The notes below the pieces were generated by a model. It was given only the letters and a program-made list of their open reading frames with translations. It had not been told where the DNA came from and did no database searches. Both the position numbers and the translations under genes were made by a program. DNA of 64,000 bases, from positions 44,072 to 108,071 of the forward strand of contig MFPT01000003.1 in the NCBI GenBank assembly GCA_001782805.1, read 5' to 3'. Shown here one piece after another: positions 50,895 through 61,603 of this stretch; within the stretch, counting starts at the first letter, position 1; each line of letters opens with the position of its first letter. The stretch is from Candidatus Magasanikbacteria bacterium RIFCSPHIGHO2_01_FULL_41_23 (GTDB lineage Bacteria; Patescibacteriota; Patescibacteriia; Magasanikbacterales; UBA922).

Positions 50895-50925
50895 AAAAAC
50901 TCTGCTCATAAAGCAGGGTTTTTTG
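50895..50925 (+). terminator. Intrinsic terminator after fusA
   Basis: AAAAACTCTGC-TCATAAA-GCAGGGTTTTT. Confidence 0.7.
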
Positions 50926-51018
50926 TTCACACTAATAATTTGCTTAATTTAATTGTCGTGATATACTTTTTTTACGCGATTTTTCTTTAATTTTTTTATT
51001 TATCTTTTAATCTTTAAT

Positions 51019-52881
51019 ATGAATATGCCGAATTTTAAAAAAATCAGCAAAAAATTTATCCACTGTTCTGTCGTGATTTCAACGATAGTCTGGTCTCTTG
51101 GTTTGGTCGTTCTGCCAATTTCCGTTTCAGCGGCTGTTGTTTGTCCTAATTTAGGTTCAGGAAGAATCGTTAAATTCGGTGCCAAAGGCCAAATATCCAT
51201 TATCAGTGACTCGTATCGTTGGGAATTTACCAGCAAAGCCGCATTTGCCACATGGTCAACGGCCGCGGTCAAAACCATCAATGTCGCCTGCGCGGAAAAA
51301 TATCCCAAAGCCGGTGTTGTGGGATATCGTCCCGGATCAGTTCTTCTGAAACCGGTTGATCAGCCCGGAGTTTTTGCTGTTGGGCCAAACAACATGGTGT
51401 ATAATTTACCGAATACTGACATCGCCAAAGCTCTTTATGGGGCTAATTGGAAAAAATTAATTAAAAATTCTGCGCTAACGGAATTTGATTTGTTTACTGA
51501 AGGTGATGATTTAACCGGTTTACAATTGCATGATGGCATGTTGGTAAAAGAAAAAAATGATAAGTTTGTCCATTATGTTTGGGATGGAAAATTAAGATAT
51601 GTGAAAGGTAATTTGCCGGCTATTCTGCGTAAGAATGTTCGGATCGTTTCCGCTGAATTATTTGATTCAGTGGAAGTTGGCGATAGTATAAAAGTCGCGG
51701 ATATACTGAATATTCCCATTCCGCAAACTATCATTGGTCCGTCGATTGAACCAATTAAAGAAATTACCGATACAATTAAGGATACTGTCAAAACTGATAC
51801 CACTAAAACCACTGACAGTAACTCGGTGACAAAAGATGGTTTGGTTTATCAAGATGCAAATTATACTGGAACTTTTCCCGCTCCGGAAGGCGTAGTTGTG
51901 AAAGGTTATTATGGCAAAGATGAATATCAAGAACCAGCCGGATCAGGAGCTTATCGTTTTAATATTTTAACCAACGCGAAACGAGAATTGGTTTGTTTGG
52001 ATAAAACTAGGACTGTACAAGGAAGCAAAGGTTCAAGTTGGGAATCCGGTTATGCCTATGGTCGGGTGCGCGGAGAACAAGAATCCAAATTAATTATTCC
52101 GTATTTTGACGATACACCAATCAATGTCTCTGGTGATGTCAATTATTTTGCGGAAGGCTATCGTCAAGGTTATTTTGAATCATTCAATGGTCAGAGAGCG
52201 GTATTTTATTATGATTGCGATGAATTCAAAAAACTTGATTTGAGTAAATATGACACAGACGGCTGGTATCAGAACACTGAATTATCCGGAGCGTCTAGTG
52301 TTAAAGCTGTGTATTTGCCGATGCGTGGTGTCCAATATAAAAAAGATCCGACTAATCCCAAAAGTCTTTTGAGTAGTAAAAATGTGAATACTTGGAGTGT
52401 GCCAATCGGAGAAAGAGGTTTTGAAAAAAGTGTTCATAATACGGGCAAAGCTCCTTTGAATTTTTCGCGCATTGATTTGTATGAGTCGGATTTTGACGCG
52501 ACCGAAGCAATTATGCCACTGGAAGGCGCGAAAGGTATGACTGAAGCCGTGGCCAATTTGTATCAGAATTTTTTCAAGACCGATTTCACTCTGAAAACAA
52601 ATTGTTCTCTGACTGCGTCAAATATCAGTTATCAGACCTATGGTGGTAATCGTTTTGGCTTGGTAACTTTTGTATCCATGTGTAAAGTCGGGACAAATAC
52701 CAAAGTTTGGAAAAATCATGCGTTTGCCATTACTCAAGTTCCTGCAAAGACATGGCTGATTACTTCGTTTGTTAATAATGAAAATGTTAAAGCTAAAGAT
52801 ACGGACGAGCTTGATTTAGGAAGAGCGCAAATGAGTTCGGAATTTATTGGTCAATTCTTGGGTAAAATTCAACTCAAATAA
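51019..52881 (+). CDS. Secreted hypothetical surface protein
   Basis: Signal peptide, repeated G.L.K/GSVLLK modules, Thr-rich linker. Confidence 0.75.
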   Translation: MNMPNFKKISKKFIHCSVVISTIVWSLGLVVLPISVSAAVVCPNLGSGRIVKFGAKGQISIISDSYRWEFTSKAAFATWSTAAVKTINVACAEKYPKAGVVGYRPGSVLLKPVDQPGVFAVGPNNMVYNLPNTDIAKALYGANWKKLIKNSALTEFDLFTEGDDLTGLQLHDGMLVKEKNDKFVHYVWDGKLRYVKGNLPAILRKNVRIVSAELFDSVEVGDSIKVADILNIPIPQTIIGPSIEPIKEITDTIKDTVKTDTTKTTDSNSVTKDGLVYQDANYTGTFPAPEGVVVKGYYGKDEYQEPAGSGAYRFNILTNAKRELVCLDKTRTVQGSKGSSWESGYAYGRVRGEQESKLIIPYFDDTPINVSGDVNYFAEGYRQGYFESFNGQRAVFYYDCDEFKKLDLSKYDTDGWYQNTELSGASSVKAVYLPMRGVQYKKDPTNPKSLLSSKNVNTWSVPIGERGFEKSVHNTGKAPLNFSRIDLYESDFDATEAIMPLEGAKGMTEAVANLYQNFFKTDFTLKTNCSLTASNISYQTYGGNRFGLVTFVSMCKVGTNTKVWKNHAFAITQVPAKTWLITSFVNNENVKAKDTDELDLGRAQMSSEFIGQFLGKIQLK

Positions 52882-52900
52882 ACTTAATGTATCTTTTCAT

Positions 52901-53458
52901 ATGCCATTTTTTCTTCCCGTTGATTTTGAATCAGCTTTGCCGGAAAATATAAATGGTCGTTTGTCTGATGACCAATTAAAGGCCATTGAATTGATGTTGC
53001 GTGCACGGAAAATAACCGGCTATATTTTATTTTTTTGTGAATTGTTTCAAGTGGCGATTGCCGGTCCGGCATTTTTATTCAGTGAGTGGGGACCGACTCA
53101 AAGAGGATTACAGGCAATGATTGGAATTTACGCGTTCATTAGTTTTGCGGCCATGATTTGGGGATTGGTAATCATTAAAAAAGCCTCGGCCGCCAAACTT
53201 ATCTTGGGTTCAATTAAGGTAACATTGGTAACGGGCACGCCCACAAAATATAATTACACGACAACGTATCGTTCTATGGGAGGCGCGACGCATTTGGCTA
53301 CTTTAAAAGGAGGCTGGCTTAGTATTGCCGGAGTCAGTTACGGAGTTTTGCCCGGAGAATTATACAGCTCAATTCCACCGAATGAGGAAAGTGATTTTTA
53401 TTATATCACTTTACCCATGACCGGATTTAAAAAATATTTAGTGGTTAACTTCTTTTAG
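52901..53458 (+). CDS. Hypothetical two-TM membrane protein
   Basis: Two hydrophobic helices; start taken at MPFFLP. Confidence 0.7.
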   Translation: MPFFLPVDFESALPENINGRLSDDQLKAIELMLRARKITGYILFFCELFQVAIAGPAFLFSEWGPTQRGLQAMIGIYAFISFAAMIWGLVIIKKASAAKLILGSIKVTLVTGTPTKYNYTTTYRSMGGATHLATLKGGWLSIAGVSYGVLPGELYSSIPPNEESDFYYITLPMTGFKKYLVVNFF

Positions 53459-53484
53459 AGGTTGCTTTGGCTCATTTTTACATC

Positions 53485-54207
53485 ATGAAGTTTAACGTCA
53501 TTACTATTTTTCCGGATCTCATTAAAAATTATACGGATGAGAGTATTTTGGGTCGCGCGCAGAAAAATAAAATAATTAAAGTGCGGGCAATCAATTTACG
53601 GGATTTTACCGTTGATCGCCATCATACGATTGATGATACGCCGTATGGCGGAGGAGCAGGAATGGTAATGAAACCCGAACCATTATATAAGACGCTCAAA
53701 AGTTTAGACGCGATTCCTTTTGCTAAGGCTGGTGGACTAACAAAAATTAAAAAATTATTTGGAGTCTTAGTTGGCAACTCTTCGACTTCGTTCAGAACAA
53801 GAAAACGAACGATTTTATTATCACCGCGCGGACGTCAATTTACTCAATCAATGGCTGAATCATTAAGCATATTAGACGAAATTACTTTTGTGTGCGGCCG
53901 TTATGAAGGAGTTGATGAGCGAGTTGTCGAATACATGGTGGATGAAGAAATTTCCCTTGGCCAGTATGTTTTGGCCGGCGGAGAATTGGGAGCCTTAGTA
54001 ATTATTGAAGCCATTGCACGGTTATTGCCCGGAGTATTGGGTAATCCCGAATCATTAACTGAAGAAACCCTTGGTGATGACGCGGAATATCCGCAATACA
54101 CCAAGCCAGCGGATTTTAGAGGTTGGAAAGTACCGGAAATTTTACTGTCCGGTGATCATAAAAAAATTGACGAGTGGCGCAAATCATTGCGAAAGAAAAT
54201 ACAATAA
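53485..54207 (+). CDS. trmD: tRNA (guanine37-N1)-methyltransferase
   Basis: DDTPYGGGAGM, CGRYEGVDER, YPQYTKP, VPEILLSGDH. Confidence 0.98.
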   Translation: MKFNVITIFPDLIKNYTDESILGRAQKNKIIKVRAINLRDFTVDRHHTIDDTPYGGGAGMVMKPEPLYKTLKSLDAIPFAKAGGLTKIKKLFGVLVGNSSTSFRTRKRTILLSPRGRQFTQSMAESLSILDEITFVCGRYEGVDERVVEYMVDEEISLGQYVLAGGELGALVIIEAIARLLPGVLGNPESLTEETLGDDAEYPQYTKPADFRGWKVPEILLSGDHKKIDEWRKSLRKKIQ

Positions 54208-54238
54208 GTTATCCCCAGTTTGCTCATTATCTAATCTA

Positions 54239-54267
54239 TTGACAGCTTATCTTTCAACAGATACAAT
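54239..54267 (+). promoter_or_regulatory. Promoter upstream of the 16S rRNA gene
   Basis: TTGACA-17-TACAAT. Confidence 0.75.
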
Positions 54268-54905
54268 GGCCAAGCACTTAAATTCCCTACAAATTAGCTT
54301 GCTTTAAGTCCAGAAAAGGATGTAGTCCCGACAAAAGTCGGGATGTCGCCTCCGGCTCCAGATACTGAGGTAAAAAGAGTAACCTCCGCGGTTCTCTTTT
54401 TCATTATTAAGGGTTTGAGTTTGTCCATTACAATTTACACAACAATTGCAATCTGCAACAAATTGCAATTACGATAAGGTTCACATTATAAATGTGACAA
54501 GAAACAATAATCGTCTATCCAAAATCAAGATCAACTCCTTTCTGATTTATCAGAGAGGGTTACTCCAATAATCCTTCGGGATTTATTTGAGAGTTTGATC
54601 CTGGCTCAGGACGAATGTTGGCGGCGTGTATAAGGCATGCAAGTCGAGGGATCGATCGTAGCAATACGATACGGACCGGCAGACGGGAGAGTAACACATT
54701 GGTAACCTACCTCTAAGACGGGGATAGCCTTCCGAAAGGAAGATTAATACCCGATAGTAACGCGGGGACACAAGTCATTCGCGTTTAAAGATTTTTCGCT
54801 TAGAGCAGGGCCTATGGTCTATCAGCTAGTTGGTGAGGTAATGGCTCACCAAGGCGACGACGGATAGGGGACGTGAGAGCGTGATCCCCCTCACTGGGAC
54901 TGAGA

Positions 54906-54936
<31 letters not shown>

Positions 54937-55330
54937 AGGAATCTTCCGCAATGGACGAAAGTCTGACGGAGCGACGCCGCGTGCAGGATGAAGCCCTTTG
55001 GGGTGTAAACTGCTTTTATAGGGGACGAATTTGTGACGGTACCCTATGAATAAGAGGTTGCTAACTCTGTGCCAGCAGCAGCGGTAATACAGAGACCTCA
55101 AACATTGTCCGGATTCATTGGGCGTAAAGCGTCCGCAGGTTGCCATATAAGTTAGGGGTTAAATCTTCCGACCTAATCGGAAAACCGCTTCTAATACTGT
55201 ATGGCTCGAGGTTGGGAGAGGCATATGGAACTGCCGGTGTAGTAGTAAAATGCGTTGATATCGGCAGGAACACCAAAGGCGAAGGCAATATGCTGGAACA
55301 ACTCTGACACTCAGGGACGAAAGCGTGGGG

Positions 55331-55361
<31 letters not shown>

Positions 55362-55440
55362 CGCCCTAAACTATGTGTGCTAGGTATTGGGAGTATCGAC
55401 CCTCTCAGTGCCGTTTAAAAAAGCTAACGCGTTAAGCACA

Positions 55441-55482
<42 letters not shown>

Positions 55483-55946
55483 AGACGGGGACCCGCACAA
55501 GTGGAGGATCATGCGGTTTAATTCGATGGTACGCGACGAACCTTACCGGGGCTCAACTACTAGCTGCAAGCCTGATGAAAGTCGGGCCGCTTTTGAAGGT
55601 GCTAGATAGGTGCTGCATGGTTGCCGTCAGCTCGTGCCGTGAGGTGTACCCTTAAGTGGGGTAACGAGCGCAACCCTCGTTCTGTGTTAAATTTACACAG
55701 AGGACTGCCTGCGCAAGCAGGAGGAAGGTGAGGACGACGTCAAATCAGCATGGCTCTTACGTCCCGGGCTACACGCATGATACAATGGTTAGTACAGAGG
55801 GAAGCTAAGCCGCAAGGTGGAGCTAATCCCAGAAAGCTAATCTCAGTTCGGATTGTGGGCTGCAACTCGCCCACATGAAGCTGGATTCACTAGTAAACGC
55901 GCATCAGCCACGGCGCGTTGAATACGTTCTCGGGTCTTGTACTCAC

Positions 55947-56811
55947 AATAAAAGCGCTGGGCAGTTTAATAATCTAGAGAGTTAAAATCTCTCCCTCTAC
56001 AACGTCTGTAGAGCGTAGCCGAAAGATAGTCGTCTTCCGCGAGGGAGGCGGTGAAGGATCTGAAGGCAAATCACAGTCCAATCATAAAAAAACCGTATTG
56101 ACCTTTGAATCGGCGGTGAGCAAAGGGAAAATACACTTACACAGGTTTGATTGGAATGCGAGGAATAGAATATTAAATAACCCCAGGAGATCTTATGCCG
56201 TTTTGATTATTATGATAGTATAATCAAATAATGTAACTTACACGGCATAAGAAGTCAGCTGAATCGTAGTAGTGTCGACTAGTCGACATGAAGGATTCTC
56301 TCGAATCATATGGAAAAAATAAATCCAAATTATATCGTTGGTCTAACGGACGGGGAAGGAAGTTTTACAGCTTATGTAAAAAATCCGGATATGTCCAAAG
56401 AGGTCAAGCGAAGAACAAAAGTTGAGCCAAGGTTTTATATCAAACTCATTGAGAAAGATAAAAAAATTCTCTATGAATTGAAAAAATTCTTTGGCTGTGG
56501 CAATGTTTATTTTCAAAAAGATAAACGAGCCAATCATCAAGATTGTTATCGCTATGAAGTCGCCAATAGAAATGATTTGCAGAAAATAATTATTCCATTT
56601 TTCAAAAGTAACTCTTTGAGATTACGCTCAAAGAGCCGTGACTTTGAATTTTTTTGCCGGATTATGGAGATGGTCATGAGAAATGACCACCTGAAAGACA
56701 TAGGCCTCAGGAAAATCTTTAATCTCAAGCAAAAAATGCATTAGAGCTCGTCGTGTGCGGGAAATCCGCAGGCACGATGGGAACATCAATTCTAAGTTTC
56801 TAGAATATAAT
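55947..56811 (+). mobile_element. Group II-like intron with a LAGLIDADG ORF
   Basis: Removal restores GTACTCAC|CGCCCGTCA; domain V-like hairpin at 56747-56781; ends in AT; EBS-like loop at 56112-56120. Confidence 0.82.
56310..56744 (+). CDS. Single-motif LAGLIDADG homing endonuclease
   Basis: YIVGLTDGEGSF, FFGCG.V, IIPFF. Confidence 0.92.
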   Translation: MEKINPNYIVGLTDGEGSFTAYVKNPDMSKEVKRRTKVEPRFYIKLIEKDKKILYELKKFFGCGNVYFQKDKRANHQDCYRYEVANRNDLQKIIIPFFKSNSLRLRSKSRDFEFFCRIMEMVMRNDHLKDIGLRKIFNLKQKMH

Positions 56812-57023
56812 CGCCCGTCACACCACGAAAGTTGGCAATGCCCAAAGGCTCCCGCAAGGGGGACGAAGGCAGGGTCAATGATCAGGGTGAAGTCGTAACA
56901 AGGCATCCCTAGCGGAAGCTGGGGATGGATCACCTCCTTTCTGGAGTTAATTCCGAGGAATCGGAATAATTTCAACTACAGATGATTATCTTCTTGTCAC
57001 ATTTATAGAGTGAACTTATCGCA

Positions 57024-57061
57024 AAAAAAATCCCTCGTTGGAAAAACCAAGGGATTTTTTT
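57024..57061 (+). terminator. Terminator after 16S (no linked tRNA or 23S)
   Basis: AAAAAATCCCT...AGGGATTTTTT. Confidence 0.75.
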
Positions 57062-57088
57062 ATTTACAAAAATAAAAATTTAAAAAAT

Positions 57089-57119
57089 TTGACAAACACA
57101 AACGGGGGGGGGGTATTAT
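57089..57119 (+). promoter_or_regulatory. Promoter with a G10 tract in the spacer
   Basis: TTGACA-AACACAAAC-G10-TATTAT (19-nt spacer). Confidence 0.7.
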
Positions 57120-57154
57120 TACTGGGAATTTAATTCAGTAATAATTAATTTTAT

Positions 57155-57781
57155 ATGGGTGAAGGAATTTCACGAGGAATACAGCCGGGTACAGCAGAGT
57201 ATGATGAGGTTAAGAGGAAATTAAATCAAGGAGGATTCCAGAAAGGTGCTGAGCGTGATGATAATGATGCTGCGGTATTTGTTGGAACCAGAGAAGAAGC
57301 GGCTATACATCGTCTTAGATTAGAATCAGAGGGAGCGCCATTTGCGGATTTGCGTTCGTATATCTCGGTAAATTCTTTTGTTGCGGCTGGGGCGGAAGAG
57401 ATAAGAGAAGCTTTTTCTTTGGATGGGAATAATAATTTATCTGAAAGTTTTGAAAAGTATCCGCCTGGTTTATTCAAGTTTATTCATAATAAGCCAGATT
57501 TTACTATTCTTTTTAAGTCTAAAGATGGTTCTTTGAAAGAATGCACAATAGATATGAAACGTATCAGTGATATGGGTGATCCTGCGGCATCAGCAGTGGC
57601 TACTGGCCATGCTACTGATAATCCATCTGATATTACTATACGTTCTTTGTCTAATATTGGTTTTACTTTTTTTAATAGTATTCCAGGTACAAATCTTAGT
57701 GGTTGTTATGAAATAGTTTTACAACAACGCGCAAAGAAATTAGCTGCTGAAAAATCATCAGGCGCAGGATTTGAGTTTTGA
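57155..57781 (+). CDS. Hypothetical protein
   Basis: 208-aa ORF, no recognised motif. Confidence 0.7.
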   Translation: MGEGISRGIQPGTAEYDEVKRKLNQGGFQKGAERDDNDAAVFVGTREEAAIHRLRLESEGAPFADLRSYISVNSFVAAGAEEIREAFSLDGNNNLSESFEKYPPGLFKFIHNKPDFTILFKSKDGSLKECTIDMKRISDMGDPAASAVATGHATDNPSDITIRSLSNIGFTFFNSIPGTNLSGCYEIVLQQRAKKLAAEKSSGAGFEF

Positions 57782-57960
57782 GTTAATACGTATTCAGATT
57801 GAAACTTCCTCCTCGACTCTCCCCAGTGTTTATGCCGAGTCTGTCGAGGTGGAGTTTTTTGTATAAAATCCTTGACACGTTAATAAATTACAATCAACAA
57901 ATTTTTGATATACTAAAAATGCTAGGGATGCCATGATTCTTATTTTTGAATTGAATTTTT

Positions 57961-58803
57961 ATGAATGCAAATTTTTTGGATACAACAAAAGTTGCCCTGT
58001 TTAAAGGCAAACAAATTCGGAAGACCATATATAACAATGAGTGGTGGTTTTCGGTCGTGGACGTTTGCGCCATTCTCACCGAAAGCCCTGATCCGGGTGC
58101 TTACTGGAGAAAGTTTAAAGAAAGACTCATAGGAGAAGGAAGCGAAGTCGTGACATTTTGTCACGGGTTGAAATTGGAGGCTCCAGACGGCAAAATGCGA
58201 GAGACTGATTGTGCTGATGTTGAAGGTATTTTTCGTATCATTCAATCTGTCCCTTCTCCCAAAGCCGAGCCTTTCAAACGTTGGCTCGCCAAAGTCGGAT
58301 TTGAACGAATCCAGGAAATAGAAAATCCAGAGTTAGCTACTAAGCGAACGCGGGTACTTTACAAACTTAAAGGCTACAATGACGACTGGATTGAAAAACG
58401 AATGCGCGGAATCGTGATCCGTGAAGAATTAACGGACGAATGGAAAAAACGTGGTGCTGATGAACGCAGAGATTATGAAATTTTGACCGCGGAAATTTCC
58501 AAAGCAACTTTTGGCGTAACTCCGAGCGAATACAAAGAATTGAAAGGAATTGAACGAGAAAATTTGCGTGATCACATGGATGACTTTGAATTAATTTTCA
58601 ATATGCTCGGTGAGCGGGCAACGACCGAAATTCATCGGGTAGAAGATTCGCAGGGCGTACCAAAACTACAAACTGATGCGAAGGCTGGTGGAGATATTGC
58701 CGGTGGAGCAAGAAAGAATTTGGAAAAACGTCTAGGTCGATCCGTGGTTACAAACAAAAATTTTTTATCCAAGCCGGAAAGTGCAAAACGGATTGAGAAA
58801 TAA
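57961..58803 (+). CDS. BRO-N domain (phage antirepressor-like) protein
   Basis: F.GKQIR...WWFSVVDV, SPKAEPFK.WLA, ENLRDHM. Confidence 0.85.
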   Translation: MNANFLDTTKVALFKGKQIRKTIYNNEWWFSVVDVCAILTESPDPGAYWRKFKERLIGEGSEVVTFCHGLKLEAPDGKMRETDCADVEGIFRIIQSVPSPKAEPFKRWLAKVGFERIQEIENPELATKRTRVLYKLKGYNDDWIEKRMRGIVIREELTDEWKKRGADERRDYEILTAEISKATFGVTPSEYKELKGIERENLRDHMDDFELIFNMLGERATTEIHRVEDSQGVPKLQTDAKAGGDIAGGARKNLEKRLGRSVVTNKNFLSKPESAKRIEK

Positions 58804-58892
58804 TATATAAGAATGCCATTTTTTGCTTTATTATCCCCACCTTGACGATTGACTGAAAATTGTCGTAGTATACATCCACCAAGTATTTTTAT

Positions 58893-59435
58893 ATGAATGA
58901 AAATTTTGAACGTGTTCTCAATCTAGCGCAGAAAACCAATAGTCGGTTGATTGTTTTTGATCGTACAGCTGGCAAACATCTGGTAGTTATGGGGATTGAT
59001 GAATTTGAATCGTTGGTCACTGAGCCGGAAAAAAAGGAAAATATACCCAATGATAACGATGCTGACAAAGATCATGAATTGATCCAAAAATTAAATCAAG
59101 AAATTGCCGAATGGCGAAATAAAGCGCAAAAAAAAGAGGCGGAAAATGTTATTCATGATTTTAATGATTTGCCTGAAGAAATTTTAGAAGAACCAAAGTC
59201 AACTACGGAAAAAGAAGCGGTGGAAAAAGAAATATCAGAACCGCTTAATTCGCCAGCGGCATCGCTACTCCCTGCGGCATCATCGTCATGGCATAAATTT
59301 GGCGATGTCATGGCTCGTTATCAGCCCGCTCCCAAAATGCCGGAAATTCGATATGAGCCGGCCGAAACTCCACAAGCCGAGAAAACCGAATCTCTGGATG
59401 ATGAACCGATTTTTTTTGAAGAGCCAGTGGAGTAA
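58893..59435 (+). CDS. Acidic hypothetical protein
   Basis: 180-aa ORF ending FFEEPVE. Confidence 0.7.
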   Translation: MNENFERVLNLAQKTNSRLIVFDRTAGKHLVVMGIDEFESLVTEPEKKENIPNDNDADKDHELIQKLNQEIAEWRNKAQKKEAENVIHDFNDLPEEILEEPKSTTEKEAVEKEISEPLNSPAASLLPAASSSWHKFGDVMARYQPAPKMPEIRYEPAETPQAEKTESLDDEPIFFEEPVE

Positions 59436-59636
59436 ACTATCCCCAATTAAATAAACTTGTGCTCTTGACGGAAAAAAAGAGTTCCATTATAATCAAGGAC
59501 GCTGTTAAGATAAAAAATATGTGGCTTATTTAAAGGTTTTTCACCTTTTTTAGTCTCTGATTATTTAATTAAAACAATATCGCTGGTTGACAAAACTTCA
59601 TCGGGTCACCTCGATGAGTGCGATAGGTATAATCGT

Positions 59637-60827
59637 ATGGCAGAATTTTTGCGGACCAAGCCCCATCTGAACGTTGGTACTATTGGCCACGTTGATCATG
59701 GCAAGACCACGACTACAGCGGCAATTTTAAAAGTTGCGGCCGCTCATGGAATGGTCGCTGATTTGAAAGAAGTTAATGATCTTGATAAAGCGCCGGAATC
59801 CAAAGCGCGCGGTATTACGATTGCCACTGCCCATGTTGAATACGAAACTAACAATCGCCACTATGCTCATGTTGATTGTCCTGGACATGCGGATTATGTC
59901 AAGAACATGATTACCGGAGCCGCTCAAATGGACGGCGCAATTTTGGTTGTTTCCGCGGCTGACGGTCCCATGCCTCAAACCCGCGAACATATTTTGCTTG
60001 CTCGTCAAGTTGGTGTTCCTTATATAGTTGTTTTCTTAAACAAAGTTGATCAGGTATCCGATCCAGAATTGATTGATTTGGTAGAAGAAGAAGTTCGTGA
60101 TTTGCTTAAGAAATATGATTTTCCCGGAGACACCACGCCAATTATTCGTGGCTCAGCTCTTAAGGCTTTGGAAAATCCAACCGATGAAGCCTCGGCTAAA
60201 CCGATTTTGGATCTTTTAAAAACTTTGGATGAATATATTCCTGAACCGATTCGTGATTTGGAAAAACCATTGCTCATGCCAATTGAAGATGTCTTTTCCA
60301 TTGAAGGTCGTGGAACTGTTGTAACTGGTCGTATTGAACGTGGTCGGGTAAAAATTGGTGATGAAATTGAAATTGTCGGTATGCAAGCTGATACCATGAA
60401 GACTACAGTAACCGGCGTGGAAATGTTTAATAAATCTTTGCAAGAAGGTTTGGCCGGAGACAATGCCGGTATACTTTTGCGTGGTACTAAGAAAGACGAT
60501 GTTATGCGTGGTATGGTTTTGGCTAAAACCGGATCAGTCAAACCTCATACTGAAATTGAAGCTGAAGTTTACGCTTTGACCAAAGAAGAAGGCGGACGTC
60601 ACAAACCATTCTTTAATGGTTACAAACCACAGTTTTACATTCGTACAACCGATGTAACCGGCGATGTTACATTGCCAGCTGGCACAGAAATGGTTATGCC
60701 TGGCGACACGGCCAATCTTAAAATCAAATTAATTGTTCCAGTTGCTATTGAAGAAAAAATGCGTTTTTCCATTCGTGAAGGTGGAAAAACAGTCGGCGCT
60801 GGAGTAGTAACTAAAATTATTGCATAA
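59637..60827 (+). CDS. tuf: Elongation factor Tu
   Basis: [20 protein letters not shown]; own TTGACG-17-TATAAT promoter at 59465-59493. Confidence 0.99.
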   Translation: MAEFLRTKPHLNVGTIGHVDHGKTTTTAAILKVAAAHGMVADLKEVNDLDKAPESKARGITIATAHVEYETNNRHYAHVDCPGHADYVKNMITGAAQMDGAILVVSAADGPMPQTREHILLARQVGVPYIVVFLNKVDQVSDPELIDLVEEEVRDLLKKYDFPGDTTPIIRGSALKALENPTDEASAKPILDLLKTLDEYIPEPIRDLEKPLLMPIEDVFSIEGRGTVVTGRIERGRVKIGDEIEIVGMQADTMKTTVTGVEMFNKSLQEGLAGDNAGILLRGTKKDDVMRGMVLAKTGSVKPHTEIEAEVYALTKEEGGRHKPFFNGYKPQFYIRTTDVTGDVTLPAGTEMVMPGDTANLKIKLIVPVAIEEKMRFSIREGGKTVGAGVVTKIIA

Positions 60828-60843
60828 CTACTAATTTAAGTAG

Positions 60844-60897
60844 CCCTTCGACGTCGGGCTTGCCCTGAGCAAGCGAAGCGCGTCGAAGGGTTCGCTC
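60844..60897. repeat. Nested hairpin elements between tuf and rpsJ
   Basis: CCCTTCGAC...[CTTGCCCTGAGCAAGCGAAGCGCGTCGAAGGG]TTCGCTC. Confidence 0.75.
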
Positions 60898-60918
60898 TTT
60901 AATGTACATTACTAAATT

Positions 60919-61272
60919 ATGTCAACGAAAACTGAAAAAAAAGATATTGTGGAAGTCCAGGGGGCTAACGTCAAGATGCGTATAAAAATTAAGGCCTATG
61001 ATCATAAAATTATTGATATCGCCACGAAGACTATAATGGAAACAGCCGAACGCAATAATGTAATGGTAGTCGGTCCGGTTCCATTACCAACTCGGATTCA
61101 GAAATACAGTGTTAATCGCGCGACATTTGTACATAAAACAGCGCAAGAACAATATGAAATGCGTACTCATCAGCGTTTGATTGATATTGTTAATCCTTCT
61201 CCCAAAGCCATGGACGCGCTGATGAATCTGAATTTGCCCAGTGGAGTGGAATTAGAAATCAAGATGCTTTAA
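60919..61272 (+). CDS. rpsJ: 30S ribosomal protein S10
   Basis: RIKIKAYDH, GPVPLPT, RTHQRLIDI. Confidence 0.98.
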   Translation: MSTKTEKKDIVEVQGANVKMRIKIKAYDHKIIDIATKTIMETAERNNVMVVGPVPLPTRIQKYSVNRATFVHKTAQEQYEMRTHQRLIDIVNPSPKAMDALMNLNLPSGVELEIKML

Positions 61273-61603
61273 ACAGTCAAAGTAAAGCTCTTGACAATCA
61301 TTTAAGAAAATAGTAGACTAGCCACGTTAGTAAAAGTCAGAATTTAAAACAGATAAGATCTCCTTCGACCCCTCGACTACGCTCGGGGCAAGCTCGGGGA
61401 AAACATCTGGAGCGAATGTCCGACTTAGTATATAGGTGAAAAGATTAAAATTATTTACACAAGCCAAAATCACTTTGTGTGTTGGCTAGAAGGTAGACCA
61501 AATGTACATTCTTATGAATGTAATAGTGGTTTCTCTTCTAGTTTTTTTATAAACAAGTGAGTGAGGAAGAATAACATTAGAATAGAAAAGATAATCGTTT
61601 TGT

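Noticed and set aside
55947-56811. Group I intron call, suggested by the LAGLIDADG ORF
   Set aside because: No 5' exon U or terminal G; domain V-like and EBS-like features favour group II.
57961-58803. Prophage around the BRO-N gene
   Set aside because: No integrase, structural or replication genes nearby.
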